64,000 nt of DNA, taken from NCBI GenBank assembly GCA_963924565.1, contig OZ004610.1:28210001-28274000 (forward strand). The letters run 5' to 3'. This document shows, piece by piece, positions 47,721 through 60,215 of this stretch (position 1 is the first letter of the stretch; the number at the start of each line of letters is the position of its first letter). Source of the DNA: Ascidiella aspersa (taxonomy: Eukaryota). The position numbers and the translations under genes were made by a program. The notes under the pieces were generated by a model. That model saw only the letters and a program-made list of their open reading frames with translations. It was not told the origin of the DNA and did no database searches.

Positions 47721-50700
47721 TTTTTTATTTAGTACGCAAAACACTATTATATTTTATTCGAAAATTTGATACTCTAAAAATAATTTACTATTATTTTGTT
47801 TGTGCAATGTTTCATTGGAATGACTCTTAATTTAAAATATGTATTCAAGCAAATAATTACTTTTTGAAGTTATTTAGTTTAGTTTATTATATTTGTAGCT
47901 GGAGAGTATACTAATCTATGAGGAACTATAATTCTATGACTTTATCTCGAATTTTTACACGGCAACTTTAAGGTATTTCTAAAAAAAATACCTCATTAGC
48001 AAAAACTTTATTTGCATAACATTTTGGCAACGCATGAATGGCTTCCTTGCATGAGTTGCTTTAGTTATGCGATATCTATGCAAAGTTGCTTTTCGAACGA
48101 CGCTACAAAAAATATAAAGTACTATCTTAAACTTATCAATGTGTTGCTTTGCAACGAAAAATTAGGGCTTCAAGATAGATATTCTATCGTTGATTTTTAG
48201 TTTTATTTGCCTGTTTTGTTTATTAGGGCGCCATTACTGCTTTTCGCATTGTGCAAAACAACAATGTTGTCACCTAAGAAAGATATTTTAACTGCCGCAC
48301 TTCCTAAAATTTGGCATACAGTCTAAATTTAAATCTTGTTTGGTAAATACACGTCCCGCAGGCTGGTTTGACTGATGACTTTACTCAAGGACTCAAAATG
48401 CTAAAGTTTATCCTTTGCAAAACGACTGAAACTTACTCCCTGCTAATTAAAAACAACAGCACGAAAATGTTAAGAAATCATGTTTCCAAAGTCGGGTACG
48501 ATACCAGAAGCGAACGACAAGACACGACGAAAAAATGGCAACTAAAGCATGCAAGGGGCGACGTCATTACATAAAAAATTTGTCAGCCGCCAGTCAACTT
48601 TATAAATTCCTTTGCCGATGAAAGACAACACAACTGCGTTTTGCCAATGTAGCCATTTCGGCCTACAGAAATAAAAAGTAATGCCCGAAAATAGATGACT
48701 CCACGCAAGAACAGTTTTTCTTTTCGTTTAGGCAGGGTTGAAAGAAGGAAAAAAGTTTTTTTATACATTGTACATAAACGCTTTTCCTAAAACGAAATGA
48801 CTGCACGTTTCAGACCTATAGCAAGAATGGATAAAACACCGTGATAAATTAACCTTTTTTGCGAAACAGTGCATCTTTGTATAAGTCAGTGTATACGACG
48901 CAGTTACATCGAAAGCGTAATAGGACAATTGGCCACACGGCAGTTGTTACCGGTGACTAAATACGGGGCTGGATCGTCAAAAAAAATATAAACAAAGCAA
49001 TAGTTAGCACCAAAAGTAACAATTGGGAGTTGATTGGAAATCCATTTTTATCAATTACAATTGCGTTTTAAAACACTTAATGCTTGTATTGTGCGAGGCC
49101 AAGCATAGTGACCTAAAAAGTCGCATACATTTTAGCACAAACATCGCCGATTTAATTGTTCTATTAACCCGTTGTTTTTCAATAAAAAGTGAGGTAACCT
49201 GCGTTGTCTACATCACAACAAAACGATCGAAAGTATCAAAAGAGAAATGTTCGGACGCAACGCGCGCATGCAATATTTCGAGAGACGAAAATGCGTCATG
49301 TGCGTGTAAGTAAAGGGCAACAGGCCGATTGAAACGTGCGCAAAGAAAACGCGAGATGCGTGGCAGGGAGAAAGGCAAAACGTCATGGTACGCCAACACT
49401 AGGTAGTGTAACAGCATGCAACGATGGAAATTACCTCACGCCAGCTTTGGGATAATTCAATGCAAAATTCAGCAGTTGCACGGCCCAAATTTACCGCGTT
49501 TTAATTTAAAAGTATTTTTAACAGTTTCATTGTTGAATTTATTTTTTTTGACACTTTACCACGCTATTAATGAGAATGCTTAGTTTGTTGGTTGTTAGTT
49601 TTTTGCAAGTCAACAATAATGCAAAATACAGCTCAATAAGCAAATAATGAAAACTGCGACGTAAAACTACTTTAGGTCAGTAACAAACAAAGATGTAACT
49701 TTGGAAAAAAGAGTTTTCGGAAGTCATTAATTATAACTGACACGGGCAAACCTAATGATGATTAAAGCAGCTGTTTCAAAACGGCCACAATGATGTTCGG
49801 TTTGCTCGTCTGTAATGGTCAATTCTGCGAAAAACGTTTTTCTCTAGGGTTTGGCAATTCGGCTAACATAAGTAGTAACGGTTGTTCGTGACAAGGTATT
49901 ACGATTGTACGTTGGTTAGGCAAAGACGTTACACTGTTTAACGTGAGGTTAAAAAACACCAAAAAATGAAAGCTGCAACAACAAGAAGTACATCACACCT
50001 TGGGAAAAGGGATTACCTTTTTAAAATCTATGTGTACACTCTACAGCGTTACTTGCGTAAAAGCCTTACGTGCGCAATAGTTTTGTGCCCTTTGCAACGC
50101 CATTTTAACGACTCCTTGTACTACTTACTTACGCAATATTCTCATTTTCCAGGATGTAAATCCATTGGTAGCTAAAAGCAAGAAAAACAAACGTTATAAA
50201 TAAGTTTGCAGCCTGGGTTGTGGCGTTTGTTTTGCAAAATGCTTTCTTACCATGTCACACACATTGAGCAGTAGTTCTTTTTGGTGTCATTACCCTCGTG
50301 ACATGCATAAAGGATTTCGTTTACTTTTTAAAGTTCCATTTAAAATATCTTATTCAATTAACAATACATAAACAACCTAGCCATCTTCTTTCTAATAAAC
50401 GTTAAAAAATATAGGACATCCGAAGACTGACACTACATAGTAAAATGTCAAAATTACCGAAATTTCAAAAAACTCTAAATGGTCAAACTACCTCTTTGAA
50501 GGTGATTAAGGTTAAGAACCACTGCTTTACAGCAAGCTGCGGGTTATAGAAACGCCAACGCTTTAATGGATTTGTTCAACACAGACATGAAACCAAAAGC
50601 GGACACGACCTCGAACGGACGCGACAAACTTTGAACGGCGCATCCATGTCCAGTCAGGTCACCGCGCATACGAACTGGTGAAAATCAACAGCGAAACGCC

Positions 50701-50772
50701 GTTGTTCGATTTTCGAAAAATCCAAAAAAGAGCAGCGTTTTTTTGTTTCTTTACGTCATCACGGCAGTGACG

Positions 50773-53700
50773 TCACCAGTAGAGGTTCTTGTTGACGGCG
50801 GTGATGACGGAACCGAACCAGGAGCTGGCGTATGAGCCGATGGTGCCGGCCGAGTCGGGCCTTGCCACGGCCTTGTCGTCCTTGAGGGGAGACTCGACCA
50901 CTTCCTCTTCTAAGTAAGGAGGCAGTTCTTTGTCCTCGTCGTCTGCGCAAGCAAATAAGGAAATTGTTATTTTAATGCTTATTTCGTTTGTTTTTCGGGG
51001 TGTTTAGGACAAATTTCAACTCGGCTGAGAGTAAGGCTTTTTTGTGGATCATTCTGTGGTATATTTTTTGGAAATATAATATTGGGAACTCTTTGGGGGC
51101 CGTTCAATTGATTTTTAACAATATATTTTTTTTGATAATGAATTGTAAAGCCAAAAGGTCGAGTAAATCGACATTATCTTGATTAAGACACTTCGATATG
51201 AGCTTGTACCATTTTCAGGTAAATATTTATTTTTTTAATTTTGCAGTTTTTCATATTCTGTTGAAATTATTTGCCATCAATATTGTTACCTTTAGCTAAA
51301 TCTTTTGCATTTTGTATTTCATGGTACTTCAATTCTGGGTCAACTGTCATTTATTTGTTGGTCTTTTTTGGAAACTGTGTTAGAATTTGTGGTGACAAAA
51401 TAAAAATATACATCTTTTTATGACAATTTTAAATTGCCTGGACCAAAGTATTGGGAACTCTTTTGGGCGATTATCTGATTTTTTTACAGGTATAATTTTT
51501 TTTTCAGGTTGTATTTTATCATGTTCTATTTGAATTGTTTGCTTACAATTTTGGAATATTTATATTAATCTTAGGCATTTTGTATTTTCTACGGTATTTT
51601 AATATGGTATACCTTCAGAGTGAACTGACATAACGATATTAGAATTTTTAAGGTTTTTTAATGGAAAAAATTAACCGGATATTAAAAGAAAAAAAATGCT
51701 ACAAAAAGCTTTTTCTTTTACATTCACTAAAATGACAAGTGTTGATGTTATGACATAACAGTCTGCAGAATATTTGCTTTTATTTAAAGTTACGGTCACT
51801 ATTTACTTTTAAAGGTGAGGTTTTAAAGGTGATCTTTATAAACATTTTGTTTGCTGTCGCTAGCTGACACATCAAATATTGGGACTGTTTCATTAAACAA
51901 TATCTTAAAGCACAACGCAAGTTTTAATTTTTTTGGTGATCCTTTTGATACGATATACGATTTTTTTTAAGAATTTTTCATTGGAAGAAATTTAACCGGA
52001 TATTAAAAGATAAGTCTTTTTAAACTGTTTCAATGTTTGTTTTGTGTTGATTTAGTAGAAAATCCACCTTTATAAAAACTTCACTAAGTAAGGACTTAAG
52101 ATTTATTGTCCAAATTTTCAATTTAGAACCAGTCTGCATGGGCAATGCATTTTAGTTGAGAACAATTTTAACTTTTGTGAAACCACTGAAACAATGTATT
52201 GAAGGTGCAAGGTGAATTTTATATTTAATCTTAAGTCTAGGAATGTGAGATCGAATTCAGTTACAAGTCTTTATTTTCTGACCTTACTTTGCTAGCACAG
52301 AAAGTATTGACAAGCCAACTAGTAAGCGTTTAACCGTTCATGAAAACAATATAACAAAAGTAAACAAAATCTGAATTTAAAAAAGTTGGCACTAAGTGTA
52401 AAGCCATTTCAAGAAGGTTAGCGATAGGTATTAAAAGTCATACATACGTTAATTACAATCAATGTTTAATCAATACAACACGGATGAGCCTGACTATGAT
52501 TTTAAGGTCATAGAAACCCTTCATGCATGATGCATGTTGTGTGTTGTGGTTTTACTGTCACTCTGGTGACCTGGTGTGTGTATGATGATGTCAGCTCTGC
52601 CACCATGTTCATTTTTTACTTCAAGAAATACATATAACTAGATTTTAAAGTATATTGATTGTGATTCACGAAACAACAAATTAGAAACAGAGATATTTAA
52701 CCTAATGAAGAACAATGATTGATATAATCCTAAATCTGTATATTGTCAACATATCGATATCACCCTGTAATTTAACTGTTTTGTTGTAGGTTGTAGCCCA
52801 GATATATGTTCCAATATTTAATCAATTGTTTCGTAGAAAACTAAATAAAACTAAAAAGTTTACCATTGACTTTGCTTTCAAGAGAAACCATTATTTCCTT
52901 TCCGTCTGCATCTTTGAGAACCTGCATTGCCTCCATAAGTTGAGTGCGCTTTACGGCAGTTGCAAGAGCCTAGAAAACAAAACATTGTATTTTAATTTAT
53001 ATGATACCTGTACAGGGTTTTTTTTCAAGGTTTGGTTTGGGTGACCGCTAAGTAGTTTTAAGAGACCGCAAGTGTTTCATTTAAATACCAAAAAGCTACA
53101 AGTCAAAAATTTGGGAAACTGCTGGAGAAATTTGGGGGACCGTTTCGGTCCCAAAACACCTTGAAAAAAACACTGTACCTGTATATGTATTCATTATTAT
53201 GGTCAAATAGTGGTAATGGGTTTCAAATCAGCATGTTCTAAATGGATTTTTTTAAAGGAAGTTAGTTAACAACAACAATATTTCTAAATATTTATTGCCA
53301 TTTAAAGAACGGCAATGTCATTATAAGCGATTATTTTGCTTTTACATTTCACAAATGACAAACTTTAATGTTATGAAATAACAGTCTGTAGAATATTTGC
53401 TTTCATTTAAAGTCATGATGACTATTTACTTTTAAAGGTGAGGTGATATCTTCATAAACATTTAGTTTGCTGTTGCCAGCTGACAAATCAAATATTGGAG
53501 ACTTAAATAATATTTTAAGTTTCATTAAACAATATATTAAACCACAATTTAACGTTTTAGTAGTAACGATAAGCATACATACGGGTATTACATAGTAAAT
53601 AGATATATTTGTTAAATAAATAAGTAACAAGATTAACCTCAGCTGTGAGTTCAGCCTTGGCCCTGACTGTGCATCGCTGCAGATGCATGTTGAACGTGAG

Positions 53701-56016
53701 CGAAATGACACCCTTGATTCGCACCATTTCATCAACACACTTTTGTCTTCTCTCCTGGAATAAAGCAGTTGCTGCTTACAGGCTAACCAATATTTATTTG
53801 ACTGTGGTATAAGGAAGTTTTCTATAAAGAAATTGGCTGAATCTTTAAAATAAATATAACACAATATCAGTATCTACTGTTTTGGAATAATACCTTTCTA
53901 CCCTGCACTTATAAACCTTTTTTGTAAGTTATATTTTAAATGATTAACTTCTACTTTCATATAAATTATATAAATATCACGAAAAAAGAGTTATGCAAAC
54001 TAATTTTCAAATTCAGGAATAAATGCTGCAGAGGAATTTTTACTGTAAACCATCAAACACTATATGACTGTTTGAATATATTAGTTAGTTTTTTGTAAAA
54101 ATTACTTGATCAGTTAATCCACTGATTTGTAGAGTGATCACTTTTGCCTTTTTGTTGCCTCCGAGAAAACTTAGGGAATCCCTTGATTTTTTACCGCTTC
54201 TTAATCCACCAGCCCTGGTAATAACACCAGAATCTGGAAGACAACATGCTTTAGTCTCACTTATTTTCGTTTTAAGTCTAAATTAATACATGGCAGTATA
54301 TTTAAGTAAAGTCAACTTTTTGTTTTGTGATGCAAAAGATTTGTTTCGTGATGCAAACCCCACAAAATGTTTTGTAAATAAAAATAGACAAAAAATTGAG
54401 TTAACCTTCACACACATATTTTAAAGAAAATCTAAAGTGGTGAAACATTATGAATTGAATGACAAGACTAAATATAGAGCAAATGCCAAAAAAGTTATAT
54501 GGTTTACCAAATAGACATACATTTTGTTCATCATTAGAGAGATAAGGAAACTTAAGTTGCGTTGAACCGACCACAATACTGGGATCTTATAATTTTTAAC
54601 AATAGTTTAACATAATTTAATAATAATTATCACATGTAATGACTAGCATAACCAATATCAATATACAGTGGGGCAAATGTTAACTAACGTTCAAATAACC
54701 GACAAATGGTAACAAAGTGCCACATAAAGTTTACAAGCATTGAGATTGAGATAATCCTGGTCAAGATGTTTTCCATTACTTGCAAAACATAAATTACTAA
54801 CCACCCTGTTGTTGGTTCTGGGAAGTAACAGGTGTTTCCACTTTAGGAGTTAGCAATCTCTGAATTTTGATGGACAGAGCTTTGCATTCAACTGAATATC
54901 CTTCGCTGTAAGTAAGAAATAAAACCTATCAAAATATTCTTATAAACATAAAACACATAAAAAATTAAAAACGCCATTAAAAAAAATATACAACTTTTTT
55001 CTATTCTAATGAATGTGTTAGTATTTATATTTACACAAACAACGCTTAAATTTTTCACATGTAACCTAATAAAAAGTAATTATCGCAGCAGTGTAGAAAG
55101 GAATATGCAACTTTGCTTCACATATATATACCGGTTTTCAATCTTCTTTATTGCTTCCAGAAACCCAAATGTTGCCCGTAACGAATCTCTAGTGATTTTC
55201 TTTTCGGCTGCCTCTTCAGCGAGACACAAGAGGGCATTTAATGCTTCTGTGACCTGAGATAACACAAGAAATTTAAAATCAAACACTGTTGAAAAAGGAA
55301 TGAAATATTCCAGTACATGTCAAACCCAGGCCAATTACAATACCACAAAGTTCTTACTTAAAAAGAGAGTAGAAAAAGGCTAACCCAGTGAATTAAAAAC
55401 ATCATTATAAAATTCTCAGTGTATTTTTAAAGTGTCCTGGGATCAAAAATTTAAAGAGACTAAAACTTAGGTATTCTGGCAATTTTGTGTTAAGCATATA
55501 CAAAATAAGCATAGTTTAAAACGAAAATAAGTTAACTGTTATCACTACTTTAATATGCTTGACAAAATCATAATAATAACAATTGAAGCTAAAAATTAAA
55601 CAGTAAATTCAACTTGACTTATACATATTAATCTACGATAAACTTTTTCAAAGGCTTTCTATAAATGTCATAGCTACCAAGTTTGATTTATGATTCATGA
55701 CAGTTAGCATTAATATAATTTTGCAAGTACAAACTAAAGAAGCAAAATTGACAGTAATGGTGAGAGCCAGAAACAATCAATTTTTTTGGAAAAACAAATC
55801 TTAAATAAACAATGTAAAATTACCTTAGTAACATATACCAAAAATAATTCACTAAATTTAAAGTCAACTTACAACATCTACTGCATACTCGTCAGCATCG
55901 ACAAAAATAAGAATGGAGTTTACATCATTCCTTAACAAGTATTCCCTGTGCGCTGGATTTTGCGCCAAGCGTCGTAGCTCCTTAACTATGGTAAGCGAGG
56001 TGGTGGAGGCGGACAT
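50773..56016 (-). CDS. ARMC1: Armadillo repeat-containing protein 1, 7 coding exons, ~296 aa
   Basis: Exons 56016-55873, 55253-55132, 54905-54802, 54233-54106, 53754-53638, 52969-52864, 50942-50773, phase-consistent. Motifs IVKELRRLAQNP, FLGGNKKAKVITLQISGL, IKGVISLTFNMHLQRCTVR, ELPPYLEEE, DDKAVAR and SW..NLYW* match ARMC1. Confidence 0.92.
53013..53175. mobile_element. 163-bp hAT-type MITE
   Basis: TIRs CAGGGTTTTTTTTCAAGGT / ACCTTGAAAAAAACACTG; perfect TSD TACCTGTA; near-identical copy at 29649-29809. Confidence 0.9.
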
Positions 56017-56151
56017 CTTGCTTCAGTTGTCCACAATTTAAAGTCGAGTGAATTAAATTGTTATTCCATTATTTTTTAGTTTAGATTTGTCTATGAAAAA
56101 TCCTGCAATTGAAAGGTAATGCCTTACATCCATAAACTTTGAACGGCTATA

Positions 56152-56317
56152 GGACGCAGGTCTAAAATCCTATAACAACGCAAATTATTTGAGTTGGGGT
56201 GTGGCTGGTTAAGCATTATCATTAAATAATAAATATAATACAAATTGACCCACACCCTTACCCATACAATGTACGTTAAATTGTTTAAACGCTGTAGTAG
56301 GATTCTAGACAAGTGTC
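56152..56317. mobile_element. Degenerate copy of the foldback MITE family of 61987-62189
   Basis: Termini GGACGCAGGTCTAAAATCCTA / TAGGATTCTAGACAAGTGTC flanked by GGCTATA repeats. Confidence 0.6.
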
Positions 56318-56574
56318 GGCTATAGTTTTGACTATTGGCTGTAACCTGTAAGGTAAGCTAATTCCTTAGCAATGCCTCGTAATTTTATCCTACTTTAACT
56401 TCGAAAAGAAAAATTAAAATGTACGTAAATCAATATTTGAAAATGAAAATTACTTAGCTTTCGTTAACTGCAAAACCAAGATAAAAAAGGCAAATCGTAT
56501 TCCAAAGTCCAAACATTCATCCTGATTAAAATTTACTCTGATTTCACGATATTATCGGCATTAGGCTGCTTTAC

Positions 56575-57620
56575 CTGTTTCTGCAAACAAACATTTAATA
56601 ACAACTTGTGAGTCTTAAGAGAGTCAAACCAGCACTCATTTGTAATAAAATTATCTTTGACTAGCTGTAAACAGATTGTAACACGAAAAATCTATTCAAA
56701 TCGAACGCCATCTTGTGTCGTCAAAAGCAAAAACAGTGCTGATAGGCAATATCTGAACTTCGTTATATAGTATCACTGCTTCAAGGCATGTAAATACGCA
56801 AAATAAGAAATTGAAGGATTTTTAATAAATTATTTTAGCCCAAAGGTGTCGTACGTCCTGTCGCAACATCGCATTGCGGGTCGCCCGATATTTACGTGCG
56901 GTCCACCACATATTCCCACTTTCAGTAGCCTTTTAAAACGTTTGTTTCGACTATCATAAATGCAGTATTTAATGTAAGGCTAATCTTATATTTTTTCTAA
57001 AACTATAATTATAATCGAGTCGAATGTCGCATTTGAACATCCATCGAACACTTGTACGCCCATCATTGTTAACAAGGTGTGTTTTTATTAATGTGTGATT
57101 TTGCGGACCGTTTTAAGGAAATATATCAGCCCAAAGGTGTCGTACCATGGCTTCATGCGGCATGTAAACTTTTTTTTTCGCTTCGCGCGATAAGGCCTAG
57201 ATTACCTTTCCTAGTCTATTTGCGCACAAGTTCAATCTCAAAGAGCGGGTTTTTATAAGTTAAGTTGTTATATGACGTTACCCCTTTAATTTGATAGGTT
57301 CTGTAGCCTATCGAGAATTTTAAAGTGGCAATGCGGCCCATTTTGTATAAAGATTGGTCATCCCTGAACTAGGCGTCCGAACGTCCACACCAAAATCGGC
57401 CTATGCCACACGAATCTTATTTGTGCCCTTAGTTGAAAGTAACACCTGTCCATTCTAAAACTTTAAACAAACAAACGAACTGTGTGGTGTTTATAGGCTA
57501 AGGTTACTTTTTATGACGCCAAGTTTAGATGTAACTTTACGAGGTCACATTTTGACGTATCCCTGTGACGTCACGGTATTACGTAACTAAACGATGTCAC
57601 GTTATGACGTCACTTTGTGG
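56575..57620 (-). promoter_or_regulatory. Candidate ARMC1 promoter and first non-coding exon
   Basis: Donor CAG|GTAAAG at 56574, YY1-like AAGATGGCG at 56707-56715, two TGACGTCA palindromes at 57566 and 57605, CpG retained. Motif-level evidence only. Confidence 0.35.
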
Positions 57621-59391
57621 CGCCATCCTCGAAAAAATTGTCTTGGCCCACCAAAAAGATTATAAATTTCAATCTCAAATAACTGTATACGGGAACCTCA
57701 AGGCAAATGCAAAGTTGTACCGCGTGCTGTTTGGAGAATCTGTAAAGCATTTATAAATTGTTCTTGTAAACAACTTAACACTTAGTTGGACCTAAAACTT
57801 TTCCGTTGCCGTAACACGACATACAATAGCGAACCGTGCTCCCTGGCAGTCGAACTAGGATTGTATCACATTATTTATCGATTGTAAATAAAACAATACG
57901 CTATAAATACTCTTAAACCCATATGTCCACTAGGCGTTAATCCGCCCCAAATTGTTTCACACACGTTTGGGCTCGGTTAGTTTTGTTCATATTAAATCAG
58001 CCGTGTTATAATGACAAATGATTCGACTGTTTTCATCAGTTTTCCATAAACATAAAAACAAGTTACTTTTCAATACATCTGTTTTACGAGTTAGCATGCA
58101 TCATATTATGGTATAAGGCTTCCAAGTCTCGGGACTGACCATACAATCCATTGTGTAATCTTTAGCAAAACGTATACCGGTGGTGGCAGTGGCAACCCGC
58201 TTGCCTCACCGGTACGGCCCTAATTTTTGTATAATAAACACGGGTCTTCTAAAAAGTTAACGTCGGAATGCAGGGCTTTATTATCCGTTTGGATGTAGAT
58301 CTGTTTAGTTTAAGAATTGTTTCATTTAGATCAGGTGATCAAATTACTGCCCACGTGCAAAATTTGACCCGCAAATTTGAACCTTCGACCAGCGGCATTT
58401 AACCCTAATGCCGATAAAAAGCAGCTACAAAGTTGTAGCATGCAAATTTAAGCACAGTTTTAACGTCATTTTAAACGTAACAACAACTTTATAAAGATCA
58501 CTAAAGTTTTTAATTTTACCTATAATTAGGTTAATAAAGTTCTTCTCTTTTAATAAAATAGCCTTGTCCTACGTAAAGCCTTATTGTATACCCAAATTAT
58601 TTTCCAGAAAAATTTGTACGTTACCAAAAAAGTTTGGTAAAATCTGACTTTAAGTTTAAGTTTGATAAATACGAGCGGCTGCGTGAAATGTTTGGTGAAA
58701 ATAGGCGATGACCTAGAAAAGCTTAATTGATAAGCTTGCACGCTAAAAAGTTGAACGCAGCTCACCTGTCCATGCTGCACTTACGTTTTTACCAAAGCAA
58801 GTTAAGCAACAAGGACTGACCTTAAACTATTATCAACAAAGCTATAGGCTGTAATTTCAGCTTAATTATTATTATTGTTCGTTGCATTTTAAATATAGTA
58901 AGACAAATATCTGTTTTGTTACAAAATAAAAATGCGGCGAGATTGCCTGGTGAAAAAGACATGGCCTGATAGGTAACACAACTTTTTCACCGGCATAGCG
59001 TACTCGCAAATAATAATTGACCGGAATGCAGTTTTTTATGGTTTTACAGCTTTTATTAACATTAACTTTTTTAGCATTACCACTCTATTCTGACTAGATT
59101 TGTCAAGATACGTCATCAGCCAAAGCTACTGTCATTTATCAGTTGTTACGGTTAAATTTTAAAGACTAACCCCTTACCCCAACACATTAAAAAACGATGG
59201 GTGTCAATTGGGGCATGAACACTTTCTTAAAAATAACCAATACCGACACTCCTCGTCATCGCGGTATGTATTAAAACAAATCGTAAACTTCGTTTTCAAT
59301 AAATTTGCAGCCGATGAGGTTACGGTCGGAGGGAGAGAAATGAAACTGAACTTTAGCCTTTTAATTAACTTTAAACTACAAGACCGAGAAG

Positions 59392-59901
59392 TTATTTGCT
59401 GTACTTTTCGATGATCAAGTCATCGACGACTTCCCTATGTGGCCAGGCGGGGTGCTTCTCGTAATCCGGCCGCAGACGTGGAAAGTGCTCATAGACATCG
59501 TCCATGGTCATTTGCTCGGCCGGCGGCAGCGCATGTAGCCTTTCTAGGTTTTCGTTGACATCAGCTAAGTCGTTGTTTCCGTCTTCGATGAACTTGGCCA
59601 CTTGCTCCGCCTCTTCCTTAGCCTTTTTAGCCAGTTCAGCGCTCTTGGTATCCACTGGCTGCGGAATCTTCAAAGCCTTAAACTTCGACTCGAAATCTTT
59701 CACCAAAGCCTTGTTGGCGATTGCTTTTTCGTAGTGGGTCCAGTCGATTGTCAGCTTGGTCTCCTGCGCTTTGGCGTAGTTGCCCAGGATCGCGTCGCTT
59801 TTGCTTTTGAAGGTGTTCACCTTGGACCTCATTTCCGGCCCGACCCGTTCCAGGATTTTGGTCCATTCGATTGGTTTGATCAAAGCCTGTCGCGAAGCCA
59901 T
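59392..59901 (-). CDS. ATP5PD: Mitochondrial ATP synthase peripheral stalk subunit d, intronless CDS (169 aa)
   Basis: MASRQALIKPIEW..TFKSKSD..TIDWTHYEKAIANKALVKDFESKFKALKIPQPVD..LPPAEQMTMDD..FP..WPH matches subunit d (ATP5H); acceptor TTTTAG at 59941 upstream of the ATG. Confidence 0.93.
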   Translation of the reverse strand: MASRQALIKPIEWTKILERVGPEMRSKVNTFKSKSDAILGNYAKAQETKLTIDWTHYEKAIANKALVKDFESKFKALKIPQPVDTKSAELAKKAKEEAEQVAKFIEDGNNDLADVNENLERLHALPPAEQMTMDDVYEHFPRLRPDYEKHPAWPHREVVDDLIIEKYSK

Positions 59902-60142
59902 TACGTTGCCCACGAAATAATAATTTAAAGAAAATTTAACCTAAAAATAAGAAAAACATGTTTTAATTCAAAGAGTGTGCAGCATTTTATTTTACATGTT
60001 TAAAACTATCCGACTGGCATGTTTATCTGCCCAACTTTGATCAGAGGGCGTAATTGTGAGAAAACAAGTTTATTCATTAGATGTTTAGAAACTTGTTATC
60101 TGCATTTTGTTTTCTTTTCTTTTTAAGAATTGCTCCCATCTG

Positions 60143-60215
60143 AGCCTGTGTAGCACAGCTGGTAGAGCTACGGTCCCACTATGGGAGAGGCTGTAAGTTA
60201 GACTCGCCCAATAGG
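60143..60215 (+). mobile_element. tRNA-derived SINE head or decayed tRNA pseudogene
   Basis: GCCTGTG-TAGCACAGCTGGTAGAGC (A-box/D-arm like) ... AAGTTAGACTC (degenerate B-box) ... ATAGGC closing an acceptor-like stem. Confidence 0.4.

Noticed and set aside
60143-60215. Functional tRNA gene
   Set aside because: The T-loop/B-box lacks GTTCGA and the stems pair poorly; at most a SINE head or pseudogene.
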